A stretch of 63,979 nt of DNA from Gammaproteobacteria bacterium. GTDB lineage: Bacteria; Pseudomonadota; Gammaproteobacteria; SZUA-229. Positions 1 to 9,458 of this stretch are shown here, in pieces (position 1 is the first letter of the stretch; every line of letters starts with the position of its first letter). The DNA is taken from positions 1-63,979 of the forward strand of contig JAPHQX010000055.1 in assembly GCA_026196035.1 (NCBI GenBank), written 5' to 3'. The notes beneath the pieces were generated by a model. It was not told where the DNA came from and ran no database searches. It saw only the letters and a program-made list of their open reading frames with translations. A program made the translations under genes and the position numbers.

Positions 1-335
1 CGATCCATTGCCGGCATCAAACCACCCTGTTCATTGGAAACCAGTGATTCGACTCGTGATGCAAGCTCTTCGAAAATTTCCATACGCGATGTGGTTGAGG
101 TAAATTCACGAATATTCGCGCTGACATAGTCATTAACAATACGACGCACATCATCAACCAGCACGCCCTGACCGATAAACTCATCACCCACACGAAGGGG
201 GGTACGTGTAGACAGTTCGACATCCTGGCGAGAATAACCTTCAGTGCCAACATTGGCGATATTATGCGAAGTGGTCGCCAGCGCAGACTGATAGGCCGTT
301 AGCCCGGTCAATGATGTAGTTAAAATATCAGGCAT
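1..335 (-). CDS. flgK: Flagellar hook-associated protein 1 FlgK, N-terminal part (runs off the window edge)
   Basis: Open-ended minus-strand frame absent from the ORF track. My translation from the ATG at 335-333 is MPDILTTSLTGLTAYQSALATTSHNIANVGTEGYSRQDVELSTRTPLRVGDEFIGQGVLVDDVRRIV... It has the flagellar rod/hook N-terminal motif (NIANxxTxGY) and sits directly downstream of flgJ. Confidence 0.85.
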   Translation of the reverse strand, partial: MPDILTTSLTGLTAYQSALATTSHNIANVGTEGYSRQDVELSTRTPLRVGDEFIGQGVLVDDVRRIVNDYVSANIREFTSTTSRMEIFEELASRVESLVSNEQGGLMPAMD

Positions 336-395
336 CGTCTTCCCTCAAAACCGAAGCACCACAAACAATCAGGGTTTTTCCAGCTTCATCGTGTG

Positions 396-422
396 TTATC
401 GGCATCTGTTACGTATTCTTTA
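396..422 (-). promoter_or_regulatory. Sigma-28 (FliA) type promoter for flgK
   Basis: Minus strand reads TAAAG-N14-GCCGATAA (TAAAGaatacgtaacagatGCCGATAA). It overlaps the flgJ stop codon and lies about 60 nt upstream of the flgK ATG. Spacing is identical to the flgM promoter at 12648-12674. Confidence 0.55.
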
Positions 423-1326
423 ATTCAGTAATCTGGCTTTTCAGTAAATCACTGTTTCTTACTCGATCTATTTTGCGAGCATAATCCGGATCTGTGGCAT
501 AACCGGCCTGCTGCAGTTCACGGGCATAAGCGGCCGGGTTGTAACCGTTTTCCAGCGCTGACTGATAGCGTGGATTCGACTGAATAAAATCCACATAATC
601 ATTAAACGCTTCGGCAGCTGATTCATAAGCCCTGAACTGTGCCCTTTCACGTTGCATGGCACCGTCTTTAAATTCCAGCGTCGATACGCTGACCGATTTA
701 CCCTGCCAGCGTTGATCGGCCTTGATTCCAAACAGGCTAAAACTGTTTTCACCATTCGTCTGGCGAACATGTTTACCCCAGCCGGTTTCCAGCGCCGATT
801 GCGCCATTAACACTTCAGGGTCAACACCCAGTTCATCTGCTGCTTTTACCGCATGTGGCCAGATATCCTGAATAAAACTTTCCGGTTCATCCCAGACAAC
901 ATTATTGTTATTTAGTAAATCTGTTTTTTCAGCATAGGGATGATCAATCGACGATACCTGTGCTGCAATTTTTCGAGTCACTGCCGGATGACTTAAATAA
1001 TCGGCCATCTGTTTTTGTGTTAACTGTTCGCTGGGATCACCACCCAGTTGTCGTTCAATGACATCAGCAAGACCCACGCCTCGACCCGATGAAATATTTA
1101 AACTGATCTGCTTGTCGTACATATCCTGATACATACGTTGCTGCTTACTGTTTAACAGGCCTTCTTCCGGCATGGTGTCACGCATGCTTTTCAACATCAT
1201 TTGCACAAACAGTGATTCGAACTGTTTAGCAACTTTTTTAATCACTTCAGGCGATTGTCCTTTTGCTTCACCACGTAAGGCAGTAAAACCCTGAAAGTCT
1301 GTATAGTTTGATGTTTCTGAAATCAT
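409..1326 (-). CDS. flgJ: Flagellar peptidoglycan hydrolase FlgJ (rod-binding N-domain plus glucosaminidase C-domain)
   Basis: 305 aa. N-terminal FlgJ rod-binding signature (QFESLFVQMMLKSMR) and C-terminal muramidase-like region (LMAQSALETGWGK). Located between flgI and flgK. Confidence 0.9.
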   Translation of the reverse strand: MISETSNYTDFQGFTALRGEAKGQSPEVIKKVAKQFESLFVQMMLKSMRDTMPEEGLLNSKQQRMYQDMYDKQISLNISSGRGVGLADVIERQLGGDPSEQLTQKQMADYLSHPAVTRKIAAQVSSIDHPYAEKTDLLNNNNVVWDEPESFIQDIWPHAVKAADELGVDPEVLMAQSALETGWGKHVRQTNGENSFSLFGIKADQRWQGKSVSVSTLEFKDGAMQRERAQFRAYESAAEAFNDYVDFIQSNPRYQSALENGYNPAAYARELQQAGYATDPDYARKIDRVRNSDLLKSQITELKNT

Positions 1327-1328
1327 AA

Positions 1329-2441
1329 CTAGATAACAATTAACTCTGCGGTTAATGAACCCGCCTGTTTCAAGGCTTCCAGTATGGCGACCAGATCACC
1401 TGGTGCTGCTCCCACCTGATTAACGGCCTGGACAATTTCATTTAATGAAACGCCTGGTGTAAACATGAACATGCGACTTTCCGGTTGTTCAATATCAATT
1501 TGTGTATCGGGTACAACGGCGGTTTGGCCACGGGCTAATGGATTAGGCTGACTGACCAGCAGATCTTCGCTAATAGTGACGGTCAGACTACCGTGACTGA
1601 CCGCTGCCGGTTTAACCCGTACCGTTGAACTGATAACAACGGTACCGGTTCTGGAGTTAATAATAATTCTGGCCGGTGCATCATCAGGTGAGACTTCAAG
1701 ATTTTCCAGAAAAGAAATAAATTCAACTTTCTGTGTTGTCGTCGGTGGTGTTAACACCTGAACTGAAACCGCATCAATCGCCTCGGCACTGTCAGGGCCA
1801 AGCGCGCGATTAATCACTTCAACCATACGTTTAGCTGTGGTGAAATCACTGCGATGCAGGTTGAGTACAATTTTTTTCATCTGATCAAAAACATTAGGTA
1901 CAGTACGTTCAACACTCGCACCATTGGGAATTCGTCCTACGCTGGGCACATTAACCGTCACCTTGGAACCATCACTACCGGCAACACCAAAACCGCCGAC
2001 AATTAAATTACCCTGTGCGACGGCATAAATATTTCCATCAGCACCTTTTAATGGTGTCATCAACAGGCTGCCACCTCGTAAACTCTTGGCGTTACCCAGT
2101 GATGAAACGGTAATATCAATTTGCTGACCGGGTTTACTAAACGGTGGTAATTCGGCATGTATAGACACAGCGGCAACATTTTTCAGCTGCAGGGTCATGT
2201 TAGCCGGCAAGTTAATGCCGTATTGCATTAACATGTTCTTGAAACTCTGTACGGTAAAAGGTGTTTGACTGGTCTGGTCACCGGTACCATCAAGCCCCAC
2301 GACCAGGCCATAGCCGACTAACTGATTGCTACGCACACCGGCAACCGAGGCAATATCCTTGATACGCTGCGCCTGTACAGGCGCAAGTAATAGAATATTA
2401 AGTGTTATTACTGTAATGAGTATTCGCCAAAACATAGTCAT
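1329..2441 (-). CDS. flgI: Flagellar P-ring protein FlgI
   Basis: 370 aa with a signal peptide, then [30 protein letters not shown], a canonical FlgI N-terminus. C-terminal [18 protein letters not shown]. Confidence 0.95.
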   Translation of the reverse strand: MTMFWRILITVITLNILLLAPVQAQRIKDIASVAGVRSNQLVGYGLVVGLDGTGDQTSQTPFTVQSFKNMLMQYGINLPANMTLQLKNVAAVSIHAELPPFSKPGQQIDITVSSLGNAKSLRGGSLLMTPLKGADGNIYAVAQGNLIVGGFGVAGSDGSKVTVNVPSVGRIPNGASVERTVPNVFDQMKKIVLNLHRSDFTTAKRMVEVINRALGPDSAEAIDAVSVQVLTPPTTTQKVEFISFLENLEVSPDDAPARIIINSRTGTVVISSTVRVKPAAVSHGSLTVTISEDLLVSQPNPLARGQTAVVPDTQIDIEQPESRMFMFTPGVSLNEIVQAVNQVGAAPGDLVAILEALKQAGSLTAELIVI

Positions 2442-2531
2442 TCTCTCTGCTATTTCCTATATCAATGCAAATCAGAGGCCAGTTTTAGGGTCGGAGTCAG
2501 ATTTGACTTCGACCCTCAAAAATAAAAATAC

Positions 2532-2717
2532 GCATCCATGCCTTTGCATAACTTACCTGGTGATCTTGTGCACGCCGCTCTCGGGTATTTTTATTTAATA
2601 TTTCTTTACTCCTAAGCACGTCGCTCCTGCGCTTACTTCGTAATTAAACTTTTTGTTAACCTGAAATACGCCGTTCCCGCACATCCTGTGCTTCACGGCA
2701 TAAGGCCATCCCTGGCC
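2532..2717 (-). other. Array of six GGA-containing short hairpins (candidate CsrA-binding RNA segment or REP-like extragenic palindromes)
   Basis: Minus-strand units are GGCCA-GGGA-TGGCC (2704-2717), GCCGT..GCACA-GGA-TGTGC..GGGA-ACGGC (2670-2699), CGC-AGGA-GCG (2622-2631), CTT-AGGAGTA-AAG (2604-2616) and GCAT-GG-ATGC (2532-2541). There are six GGA on the minus strand and none on the plus strand in this interval. Confidence 0.35.
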
Positions 2718-2740
2718 AAAAAAAAGCCCGCAAAGCGGGC
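2718..2740 (-). terminator. Rho-independent terminator downstream of flgH
   Basis: Minus strand reads GCCCGC-TTT-GCGGGC followed by eight T. Confidence 0.7.
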
Positions 2741-2812
2741 AAGAAACAAGTAGTGATTGTGAGAGAGACTGTAACTCTGTTTCCCCAAAAAAACAGAGAT
2801 TCCGTATACAGA

Positions 2813-3508
2813 CTAGAATGGCCACCACTTGCTATTGAGGAACTGTGCCAACCAGCCCTGGTTATTACTATCAGCGATAAAGCCTTCACCACTGTATGCA
2901 ATCTGTGCATCAGCCAGTTTTGCGGAAGCCACTGTATTATCTGATTGCACATCCTGAGGCCTTATCACGCCGGCTATACGAATATATTCTTTACCCTGAT
3001 TTAAGGTAAACCATTTTTCTCCCTGCACAACCAGATTTCCATTCGGCAAAATATCAACAACGGTTACCGTAATTTCACCACTTAAATTATTACTCTGCGT
3101 ACTATCACCTTCACCATCAAATTCACGGGATGGGTTCATTGAAAAATCAATTGGATTCCCATTATAGGTAGGTGTACGACCTAAAATATTGGGTACGCCC
3201 AGAGAAATATCTTCATCTTTTGAAGTACTGGTGGCGGCTGATTTACTGGCACTGGTACTTTCATCCAGCATGATGGTCAGGATGTCACCAATACGAAATG
3301 GTTTTGGATCTTCAAATAACGAAATACTACGCACCTGAAACAATGAACCATTTTCATAAACGGGTGCGGGCGGCGCAACAGGTCTTACTATCGGTTCAAA
3401 ATCGGCCAGCTCCTGCGGTATGGTTGCACATGCTGTTAATGAACTCAGCCATACTGATGCCACGAAAATATTTATCATTCTAAAGTTACACATAAATAGT
3501 TCTCTCAC
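2813..3508 (-). CDS. flgH: Flagellar L-ring lipoprotein FlgH
   Basis: 231 aa. Lipobox LSSLTAC near the N-terminus and FlgH core (LFEDPKPFRIGDILTIML..., ITVTVVDILPNGNLVVQGEK). The true start may be an internal Met (MINIF...). Confidence 0.9.
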   Translation of the reverse strand: MRELFMCNFRMINIFVASVWLSSLTACATIPQELADFEPIVRPVAPPAPVYENGSLFQVRSISLFEDPKPFRIGDILTIMLDESTSASKSAATSTSKDEDISLGVPNILGRTPTYNGNPIDFSMNPSREFDGEGDSTQSNNLSGEITVTVVDILPNGNLVVQGEKWFTLNQGKEYIRIAGVIRPQDVQSDNTVASAKLADAQIAYSGEGFIADSNNQGWLAQFLNSKWWPF

Positions 3509-3521
3509 AAACTTCTAATCA

Positions 3522-4307
3522 CTAAAGATTATTAGTTACGTATTGCAACATACCATCGGCTGTTGAAATAACTTTTGAATTCATTTCATAAGCACGTTGT
3601 GTTTCAATCATGTTCACCAGTTCTTCAACCACATTTACATTTGAACTCTCTAACGAACCACTACTTAACGCACCTAAACCATTTAAACCAGGGGTTCCCA
3701 CCTGTGGTGAACCACTGGAAGCTGTTTCATTAAATAAATTTTTACCTATCGCCTGAAGACCTGTGGGATTGACAAAATCAACGGTCTGAATATTACCCAC
3801 CTGTGTTGATGTAGTTGCGCCGGCTGCAATTACAGTCACCACACCATCTTCACCCACCGTTAAACCGGTAGCACCGGATGGCACAGTAATCGTCGGCTGC
3901 AACTGATAACCATTAGCGGTGACCACCTGCCCCTGCGAATCCAGCTGAAAAGAACCATCACGTGAATAGGACAGTGACCCATCGGGCTTTAAAACCTGAA
4001 AAAATCCACGACCTTCGATGGCAATATCCAGAGGGTTACTGGTTTGCACAATATTACCCTGAGTGTGTAATTTTTCTGTCGCAACAACACGGACGCCGGT
4101 TCCAATGGCTTTACCTGAAGGTATCTGGGTATCTTCCGATGACTGGGCACCGACCTGTCGGTGAGTCTGATACATTAAATCTTCGAACACGGCATGATCA
4201 CGTTTAAAACCGTTTGTATTTACATTGGCCAGGTTATTTGAAATAACGGACAGGCGTGTTTGCTGTGCATCAAGACCTGTTTTAGAAATCCATAGTGCGG
4301 GATTCAT
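3522..4307 (-). CDS. flgG: Flagellar distal rod protein FlgG
   Basis: 261 aa. N-terminus [32 protein letters not shown] and C-terminus [29 protein letters not shown]. Confidence 0.95.
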   Translation of the reverse strand: MNPALWISKTGLDAQQTRLSVISNNLANVNTNGFKRDHAVFEDLMYQTHRQVGAQSSEDTQIPSGKAIGTGVRVVATEKLHTQGNIVQTSNPLDIAIEGRGFFQVLKPDGSLSYSRDGSFQLDSQGQVVTANGYQLQPTITVPSGATGLTVGEDGVVTVIAAGATTSTQVGNIQTVDFVNPTGLQAIGKNLFNETASSGSPQVGTPGLNGLGALSSGSLESSNVNVVEELVNMIETQRAYEMNSKVISTADGMLQYVTNNL

Positions 4308-4321
4308 AAATTACTCCTGCT

Positions 4322-5068
4322 TTAACTATTACGTAACAAACGTGCAGAGACCTCATCGGATTCCTGCGCCGTTCTCATGATTTTGACATTAGCTTCAAAC
4401 TGTCTGGCATTCTGTATCAGACTCACCAGTTCTGAAACCGCGTTTACATTACTGTGTTCGAGCACACCGGAAGCCAGTGTAACGCTGGCATCCGGATCTG
4501 CGATGTTTAATCGTCCATCGATATAACGTAACTGACCATCAGCACCTTTCTGCATTAATGACTGATCAGGGTTAACCAGTTTAATGCGATCAAGAATCGC
4601 CATGGTGTCAGCTGTCTGACCCGAGGGAATAATACTGATAGAACCATCAGCACCAATTTCAACTTTATCTGCAGGTGGAATAACAATAGGACCCGAGTTA
4701 CCAATCACCGGATGACCCACGCCATTAGTTAACTGACCATTAACATTGATTCTCAAATCACCGGCACGGGTATAAGCTTCTGACCCATCGGCAGCCTGAA
4801 TTGCCATCCAGCCTTCACCACTCACAGCAACATCCAGATCACGACCGGTTGATGTAAAACTGCCCGGCATTAAATTAATGCCAGATGCTTCATGCTTGTT
4901 ATACACACGGGTGTTATGACCAGGACCTTCTACATGCCAGCTACTGAACGCATCCAGGTTTTCTTTAAAGCCCAGCGTACTCATATTAGCCAGATTATGA
5001 CTGATGTTAGCCTGCGACTGCATCGCCTGCTTGGCACCATTCATGGCGATGAAAAGCATTTTATCCAT
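4322..5068 (-). CDS. flgF: Flagellar proximal rod protein FlgF
   Basis: 248 aa. Rod family N- and C-terminal motifs (NISHNLANMSTLGFK; LEHSNVNAVSELVSLIQNARQFE). Sits between flgE and flgG. Confidence 0.9.
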   Translation of the reverse strand: MDKMLFIAMNGAKQAMQSQANISHNLANMSTLGFKENLDAFSSWHVEGPGHNTRVYNKHEASGINLMPGSFTSTGRDLDVAVSGEGWMAIQAADGSEAYTRAGDLRINVNGQLTNGVGHPVIGNSGPIVIPPADKVEIGADGSISIIPSGQTADTMAILDRIKLVNPDQSLMQKGADGQLRYIDGRLNIADPDASVTLASGVLEHSNVNAVSELVSLIQNARQFEANVKIMRTAQESDEVSARLLRNS

Positions 5069-5096
5069 GGGTTATCTACCTGTTACCTTTTCAACT

Positions 5097-6821
5097 CTAA
5101 CGAATATTAATAATCGTTTGTGTAATGGTGTTGGCTGTTTCAATAGCTTTTGAATTCGCCTGGAAATTACGTTGCGCCGTAATTAACTTGACCAGCTGTG
5201 CCGTTAAATCCACATTGGATGTTTCCAGAGCACCGGCCTGAATTAAACCAAAGTTACCCGTACCGGCTTCACCAGAAACCGCCTGCCCCGAACTCACCGT
5301 TTCAACCCAGGAGGTATTACCTATCTGGTTCAGACCCTGTGGATTATCAAAACGAGCTAAAGCAATTTTACCCAGCGCGGTTGTCTGACCATTGGTGAAA
5401 CTGGCCCGTACCAGACCTTCATCATCAATTTCAAGACCACTTAATCGACCCGTCGCAAAACCATCCTGACTCAGTGACTGTACTGAGAATGAACCCTGTG
5501 CTTCCTGAGTAATGGTGTTGCCCTGATTAGTAAAATCAATGTTAAAAGTTGCATTGGGTGAACCAATGGGATTCGCACCGTTCTGAGGATCAAAAGGTGC
5601 AAACTGAATATTGCCGCCATTAGTCGATGTGGCGATCTGCAATACGCCTGCTCCATCAAAGTCCAGTGCTGCCGCCCATGCCGGGGTAAACAGTGGATTG
5701 GTCGCAGCAGCACCTGCTACAGTTGTTGTACCCGTTACAATATCAACTGCTGCACCACTGGCAACAACATTGCTAATCACTATGTCACTGGCTGCACCTG
5801 GAGTGTCGCTGGTAATAACAAGACTACCACTCGTAGTATCAACTGTAGCACCGGCAATGAGTCCGCTAATAACCGGATCAAGTGCCGCCGAGTTTGCGTA
5901 AGGTCCACCATTTAAAGTAATTGATTGAACAGCTCCACCATCAACCGCTATATCAAAAGCCAGAGTGTTCGGTGCGGTATAGTCTATTGGGAAAGCCGGT
6001 AGCGCAGTGGTTCCCGTATATTCTTCAGCAATATCAGGTGTTGGCACACCAGGCCCTATACTATTTGGCATAGGGTAACCATCCATAGTGGCTCGCGCTT
6101 CCCATGTATTATTTAAATCATTATTCATAACAAAATACATGGTCAGGATATGAGAGTTACCCTGCGAATCAAATACGGTTGCCGATGTTGAAGTATGGTA
6201 ATTATTAGGATTAGGCGCCACCGTTGAAATTGCATGACCTGTCGCATCACCACCACCATAGGCCGCATCAAACTCTGCATCAAGTGCTGCTGTCGACAAT
6301 GCTGCCGGCAGGTCTGATGGAAAACTTAAATTAATATCGACCTGAGTGGTTCCCTGTGGTGTACCCACTGTATTAGGCACCTGCAAAGGAATGGTACCGG
6401 ATAAACTGGTAGTGGTTACAATACCATTAACATCTACCGGAAATACCTGCAATACCTGACTGGCACTATTTGCAATAATACCATTCTGATTAACATTGAA
6501 TGCACCCGCACGAGTGTAGATAAGGTCATTAGTACCCTGCTCACGCATGACATAAAAACCTTCACCGGTAATGGCCAGGTCAAGTGTATTCTCTGTGAAT
6601 TCCAGATTACCCTGAGTAAACTGTTGAGAGACATTTGAAAGCACCACACCATCACCAATAGCTTTACTGGTTGAACCCAGAGATGAAGCGGCAAAAATAT
6701 CTGCAAACTCAGCACGTGAACCTTTAAAACCGGTGGTGCCGACATTGGCAATATTATTACTGGTTACAGACAGATCCGAAGATGCTGCATTAAGACCACT
6801 CAATGAAATACTAAACGACAT
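5097..6821 (-). CDS. flgE: Flagellar hook protein FlgE (enlarged, 574 aa)
   Basis: N-terminus MSFSISLSGLNAASSDLSVTSNNIANVGTTGFK and C-terminus LETSNVDLTAQLVKLITAQRNFQANSKAI. It has a long Gly/Ala/Thr-rich central region. Confidence 0.9.
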   Translation of the reverse strand: MSFSISLSGLNAASSDLSVTSNNIANVGTTGFKGSRAEFADIFAASSLGSTSKAIGDGVVLSNVSQQFTQGNLEFTENTLDLAITGEGFYVMREQGTNDLIYTRAGAFNVNQNGIIANSASQVLQVFPVDVNGIVTTTSLSGTIPLQVPNTVGTPQGTTQVDINLSFPSDLPAALSTAALDAEFDAAYGGGDATGHAISTVAPNPNNYHTSTSATVFDSQGNSHILTMYFVMNNDLNNTWEARATMDGYPMPNSIGPGVPTPDIAEEYTGTTALPAFPIDYTAPNTLAFDIAVDGGAVQSITLNGGPYANSAALDPVISGLIAGATVDTTSGSLVITSDTPGAASDIVISNVVASGAAVDIVTGTTTVAGAAATNPLFTPAWAAALDFDGAGVLQIATSTNGGNIQFAPFDPQNGANPIGSPNATFNIDFTNQGNTITQEAQGSFSVQSLSQDGFATGRLSGLEIDDEGLVRASFTNGQTTALGKIALARFDNPQGLNQIGNTSWVETVSSGQAVSGEAGTGNFGLIQAGALETSNVDLTAQLVKLITAQRNFQANSKAIETANTITQTIINIR

Positions 6822-6843
6822 AGTTGTCTCCTCGGACTATTCT

Positions 6844-7518
6844 CTACAAAATTTTAACGACCTGACTGAAACCTATCTGACCCAGATGTTCCAGTTCAAC
6901 CTGCATTTCTTTACCCACGCCTCCCAGTGTAAGACTGGTTACGTGAGCGGATACTAAAGGTGTTATTGATTCAGCTTCACCATGTCTGCTGGCTTCTACT
7001 TCAATTCTGTAAGTACCGGCAGATGCTCGCTGATCATTCAGCGTCGTGCCATCCCAGTTAAACTGAAGTAAACCTTTTGACTGTGCACCCAGATCAACAC
7101 GATTCACCAGTGAGTCATTAGCATCATAAATATTGACGACGACATTCTCAGCACTTGAGTTCAGTTCAACTGCCGAATCGATACTGCCACCTGGCTCAAG
7201 GTAAGCTTCATCGTGCTGGATGAGCACATTACGACCAATTAAGTTAGAAGCCTCTAATGCCTGACTGGACTGCAAACTGGCGGCCATGCTTTGAAATGAT
7301 GTCAATAATTCGTTGACACCATTTACTGTGCCGAACTGTGCCATCTGTGCAAGAAAGTCACCGTTATCCATCGGTTCAAATGGATCCTGATTACTTAACT
7401 GTGTTGTCATCAGTTTAAGAAATGCATCCTGACCCAGAGAAGATTTATCATTGACTGCATCGGCAGCAGCATCACGATATGACCTCAGACCAAGTGCGTT
7501 AGTTGAATCTACTTCCAT
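6844..7518 (-). CDS. flgD: Flagellar hook capping/assembly protein FlgD
   Basis: 224 aa. FlgD motif DAFLKLMTTQLSNQDPFEPMDNGDFLAQMAQF and a C-terminal FLgD Ig-like region. Confidence 0.9.
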   Translation of the reverse strand: MEVDSTNALGLRSYRDAAADAVNDKSSLGQDAFLKLMTTQLSNQDPFEPMDNGDFLAQMAQFGTVNGVNELLTSFQSMAASLQSSQALEASNLIGRNVLIQHDEAYLEPGGSIDSAVELNSSAENVVVNIYDANDSLVNRVDLGAQSKGLLQFNWDGTTLNDQRASAGTYRIEVEASRHGEAESITPLVSAHVTSLTLGGVGKEMQVELEHLGQIGFSQVVKIL

Positions 7519-7580
7519 CAGTTAAACCCTCAAGTACAAGTCAGTTACTTCATGAAAATTAATTTTCATTATTTAATACC

Positions 7581-7994
7581 CTAGGTACGACCTAGCGACA
7601 GGGTACGAATAATTAATTCTTTTGCTGTTGATAAAACTTCAACGTTATTCTGATAACTGCGCGAAGCAGAAATCATGTCCGCCATTTCTTCAATAGCATT
7701 AACGCCCGGGCTAAACACATAACCGTCTTTATTTGCCATGGGATGACCTGGCATATAGTGCGGAATTGCCGGTGAATCTGATTCAACAATCTGCTTAACA
7801 CGTACACTGGGCGTAGCATCACCATTAACCTGATTAAGTACCGTTTCAAAAACCGGGTGACGGGCTTTATAAACATCTTCTGCTTTTGATGCCATGGTTT
7901 CCGCATTGGCCAGATTACTGGCAACCGTGTTGAGACGCAGCATCTGCGCACTCATGGCAGAACCGGCAACATCAAATATCTTAAGCGATGACAT
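7581..7994 (-). CDS. flgC: Flagellar basal-body rod protein FlgC
   Basis: 137 aa. IFDVAGSAMSAQMLRLNTVASNLANAET... and C-terminal SRSYQNNVEVLSTAKEL. Confidence 0.95.
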   Translation of the reverse strand: MSSLKIFDVAGSAMSAQMLRLNTVASNLANAETMASKAEDVYKARHPVFETVLNQVNGDATPSVRVKQIVESDSPAIPHYMPGHPMANKDGYVFSPGVNAIEEMADMISASRSYQNNVEVLSTAKELIIRTLSLGRT

Positions 7995-7996
7995 AA

Positions 7997-8389
7997 TTAT
8001 TCACCTTTAAAGGCATTTCTCAGCCCATCAATGCGTCGGGATAAAATGTTCAATGTAGTCTGGTAACGGATTGTGTTTTCAGCAAATGCTGCTTTCTCTT
8101 TCTGCACATCAACAGTATTACCATCAGCTGAACTCTGATCGGGTATTCTAAATTTATGATGCTGATTCAATTCATTAGTTGATACAGGGAGGTGTCCCTG
8201 ATTAGTCACACGCATGCTTAACTGTTCTGATTGAGCGCCTTGCAGCACCTTATTGAAATCGATATCACGTGCCTTGTAACCAGGTGTATCGGCATTGGCA
8301 ATATTAGCGGTCAGCAACTGGGTTCTACGCTCGAACAGCAGTAATGCGTTGTCATGTACACCAAAAGCTTTATCAAAATTAATAGGCAT
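7997..8389 (-). CDS. flgB: Flagellar basal-body rod protein FlgB
   Basis: 130 aa. RTQLLTANIANADTPGYKARDIDF motif. First gene of the flgB-J operon. Confidence 0.95.
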   Translation of the reverse strand: MPINFDKAFGVHDNALLLFERRTQLLTANIANADTPGYKARDIDFNKVLQGAQSEQLSMRVTNQGHLPVSTNELNQHHKFRIPDQSSADGNTVDVQKEKAAFAENTIRYQTTLNILSRRIDGLRNAFKGE

Positions 8390-8416
8390 CTGTTTCTCCG
8401 TCTTGTCAGTAACAGA

Positions 8417-8431
8417 GCAAACCGCGTGCCA
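8417..8431 (-). promoter_or_regulatory. Sigma-54 (-24/-12) promoter for the flgB operon
   Basis: Minus strand reads TGGCAC-GCGGT-TTGC, an exact match to TGGCAC-N5-TTGC. It ends 27 nt upstream of the flgB ATG. Confidence 0.7.
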
Positions 8432-8539
8432 GAATTTTTATTTATTTATTTTCAATGAGTTAGAAAACAGGAAGGATATTTTAAGGAACTATAGCGGCAA
8501 GGATTGCCGCCTTAAACAGGAAAATTGCCGCTCTGGAAA

Positions 8540-9367
8540 CTACTGATGTTTGAGGCGATAAACAACGCCAGTGCTGACGCGCACCATCTCAAAAGCATCT
8601 GAATACTGAGCAATTGATTCAGACGCACCCAGCAATAAATATCCACGGGGATTAAGAGATTTTGCCATTCGACTAAGAATGTCTTTTTTAGACTCGGCAG
8701 AAAAATAAATTAAAACGTTACGGCAGAATATCACATCGAACTTGCCTAATGCTGCATAACTCTGTAACAGGTTGCCTTCTCTGAATGTTACCCGGGCACG
8801 CACATTAGCATTGACCTGTGACTGATTTCCAATTGAAGAAAAGTAACGTCGTTTTCGTTCTTCTGATAAGCCTCTCGCTAGAGCCAGGGCATCATACTTT
8901 CCACTTTTAGCTTCATCCAGAATCGCCTGAGAAATATCCGTAGCCACAACTTCAACCTTGGGTGCAAAAGGATTTTGCTGCGCAAACTCATCAGCAATCA
9001 TACTGATCGAATATGGCTCCTGGCCACTGGAACAGGCAGCTGACCAGATACGGGCCGTAGATTTCTTGTCGTTTTTAAACTCAGTCAGAATAGTTTGACT
9101 AAGCACTTCAAAGGGATAAGTATCACGAAACCATAAAGTTTCATTTGTTGTCATTGCTTCTATGACTTGAGCACGCAACTTTTGAGACCCTGGACCTTCC
9201 AGTTGCTGAACCAGGTCATGCAAACTGGCAATATTCTGCTCGCGCATTAAGCGGGTCAGCCGACTGGAGACAAGATAATGTTTATTTTCACCGAGTACGA
9301 TACCACAGGCTTTTTCAAGAAAGGCCTGAAAACTCTTGTATTCATCAGGGTTAAAAGTGGCTGTCAT
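8540..9367 (-). CDS. cheR: Chemotaxis protein methyltransferase CheR
   Basis: 275 aa. CheR SAM-binding signature (RIWSAACSSGQEPYSISM, DVIFCRNVLIYF). Confidence 0.9.
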   Translation of the reverse strand: MTATFNPDEYKSFQAFLEKACGIVLGENKHYLVSSRLTRLMREQNIASLHDLVQQLEGPGSQKLRAQVIEAMTTNETLWFRDTYPFEVLSQTILTEFKNDKKSTARIWSAACSSGQEPYSISMIADEFAQQNPFAPKVEVVATDISQAILDEAKSGKYDALALARGLSEERKRRYFSSIGNQSQVNANVRARVTFREGNLLQSYAALGKFDVIFCRNVLIYFSAESKKDILSRMAKSLNPRGYLLLGASESIAQYSDAFEMVRVSTGVVYRLKHQ

Positions 9368-9458
9368 TTTTTCACAACTATTTTTTTAATCGATCTTTAT
9401 AACTAAAGGACAATAATACACCAGGTATTCGGATATATATTGTTTTTATGTTTAGTTT

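Noticed and set aside
17-253. 78-aa minus-strand ORF from the track at the window start
   Set aside because: It lies in a different frame inside the region where the open-ended frame gives a convincing FlgK N-terminus. Its own sequence is Cys/Leu/Val-rich with no motif. It is an out-of-frame shadow ORF.
2326-2952. Four tracked ORFs (2326-2598 +, 2595-2828 -, 2656-2952 -, 2753-2944 +) in and around the flgH-flgI spacer
   Set aside because: They run through the terminator and hairpin array or overlap flgH/flgI coding sequence. They lack Shine-Dalgarno sequences and have odd composition. The spacer is better explained as structured RNA or repeat.
5611-5901. 96-aa Ala/Val/Thr-rich ORF antisense to flgE
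   Set aside because: It is the mirror image of the Gly/Ala/Thr-rich flgE insertion, a typical antisense artefact.
8494-8510. Hairpin GCGGCAA-GGA-TTGCCGC, 30 nt downstream of cheR
   Set aside because: The GGA is on the plus strand, i.e. the non-transcribed strand here, so it reads TCC in the cheR mRNA. It does not support a CsrA-site reading and is not followed by a T-run. It is probably just a 3' stabilising stem. It also shows that GGA/TCC-loop stems can occur in either orientation, a caveat for the array findings.
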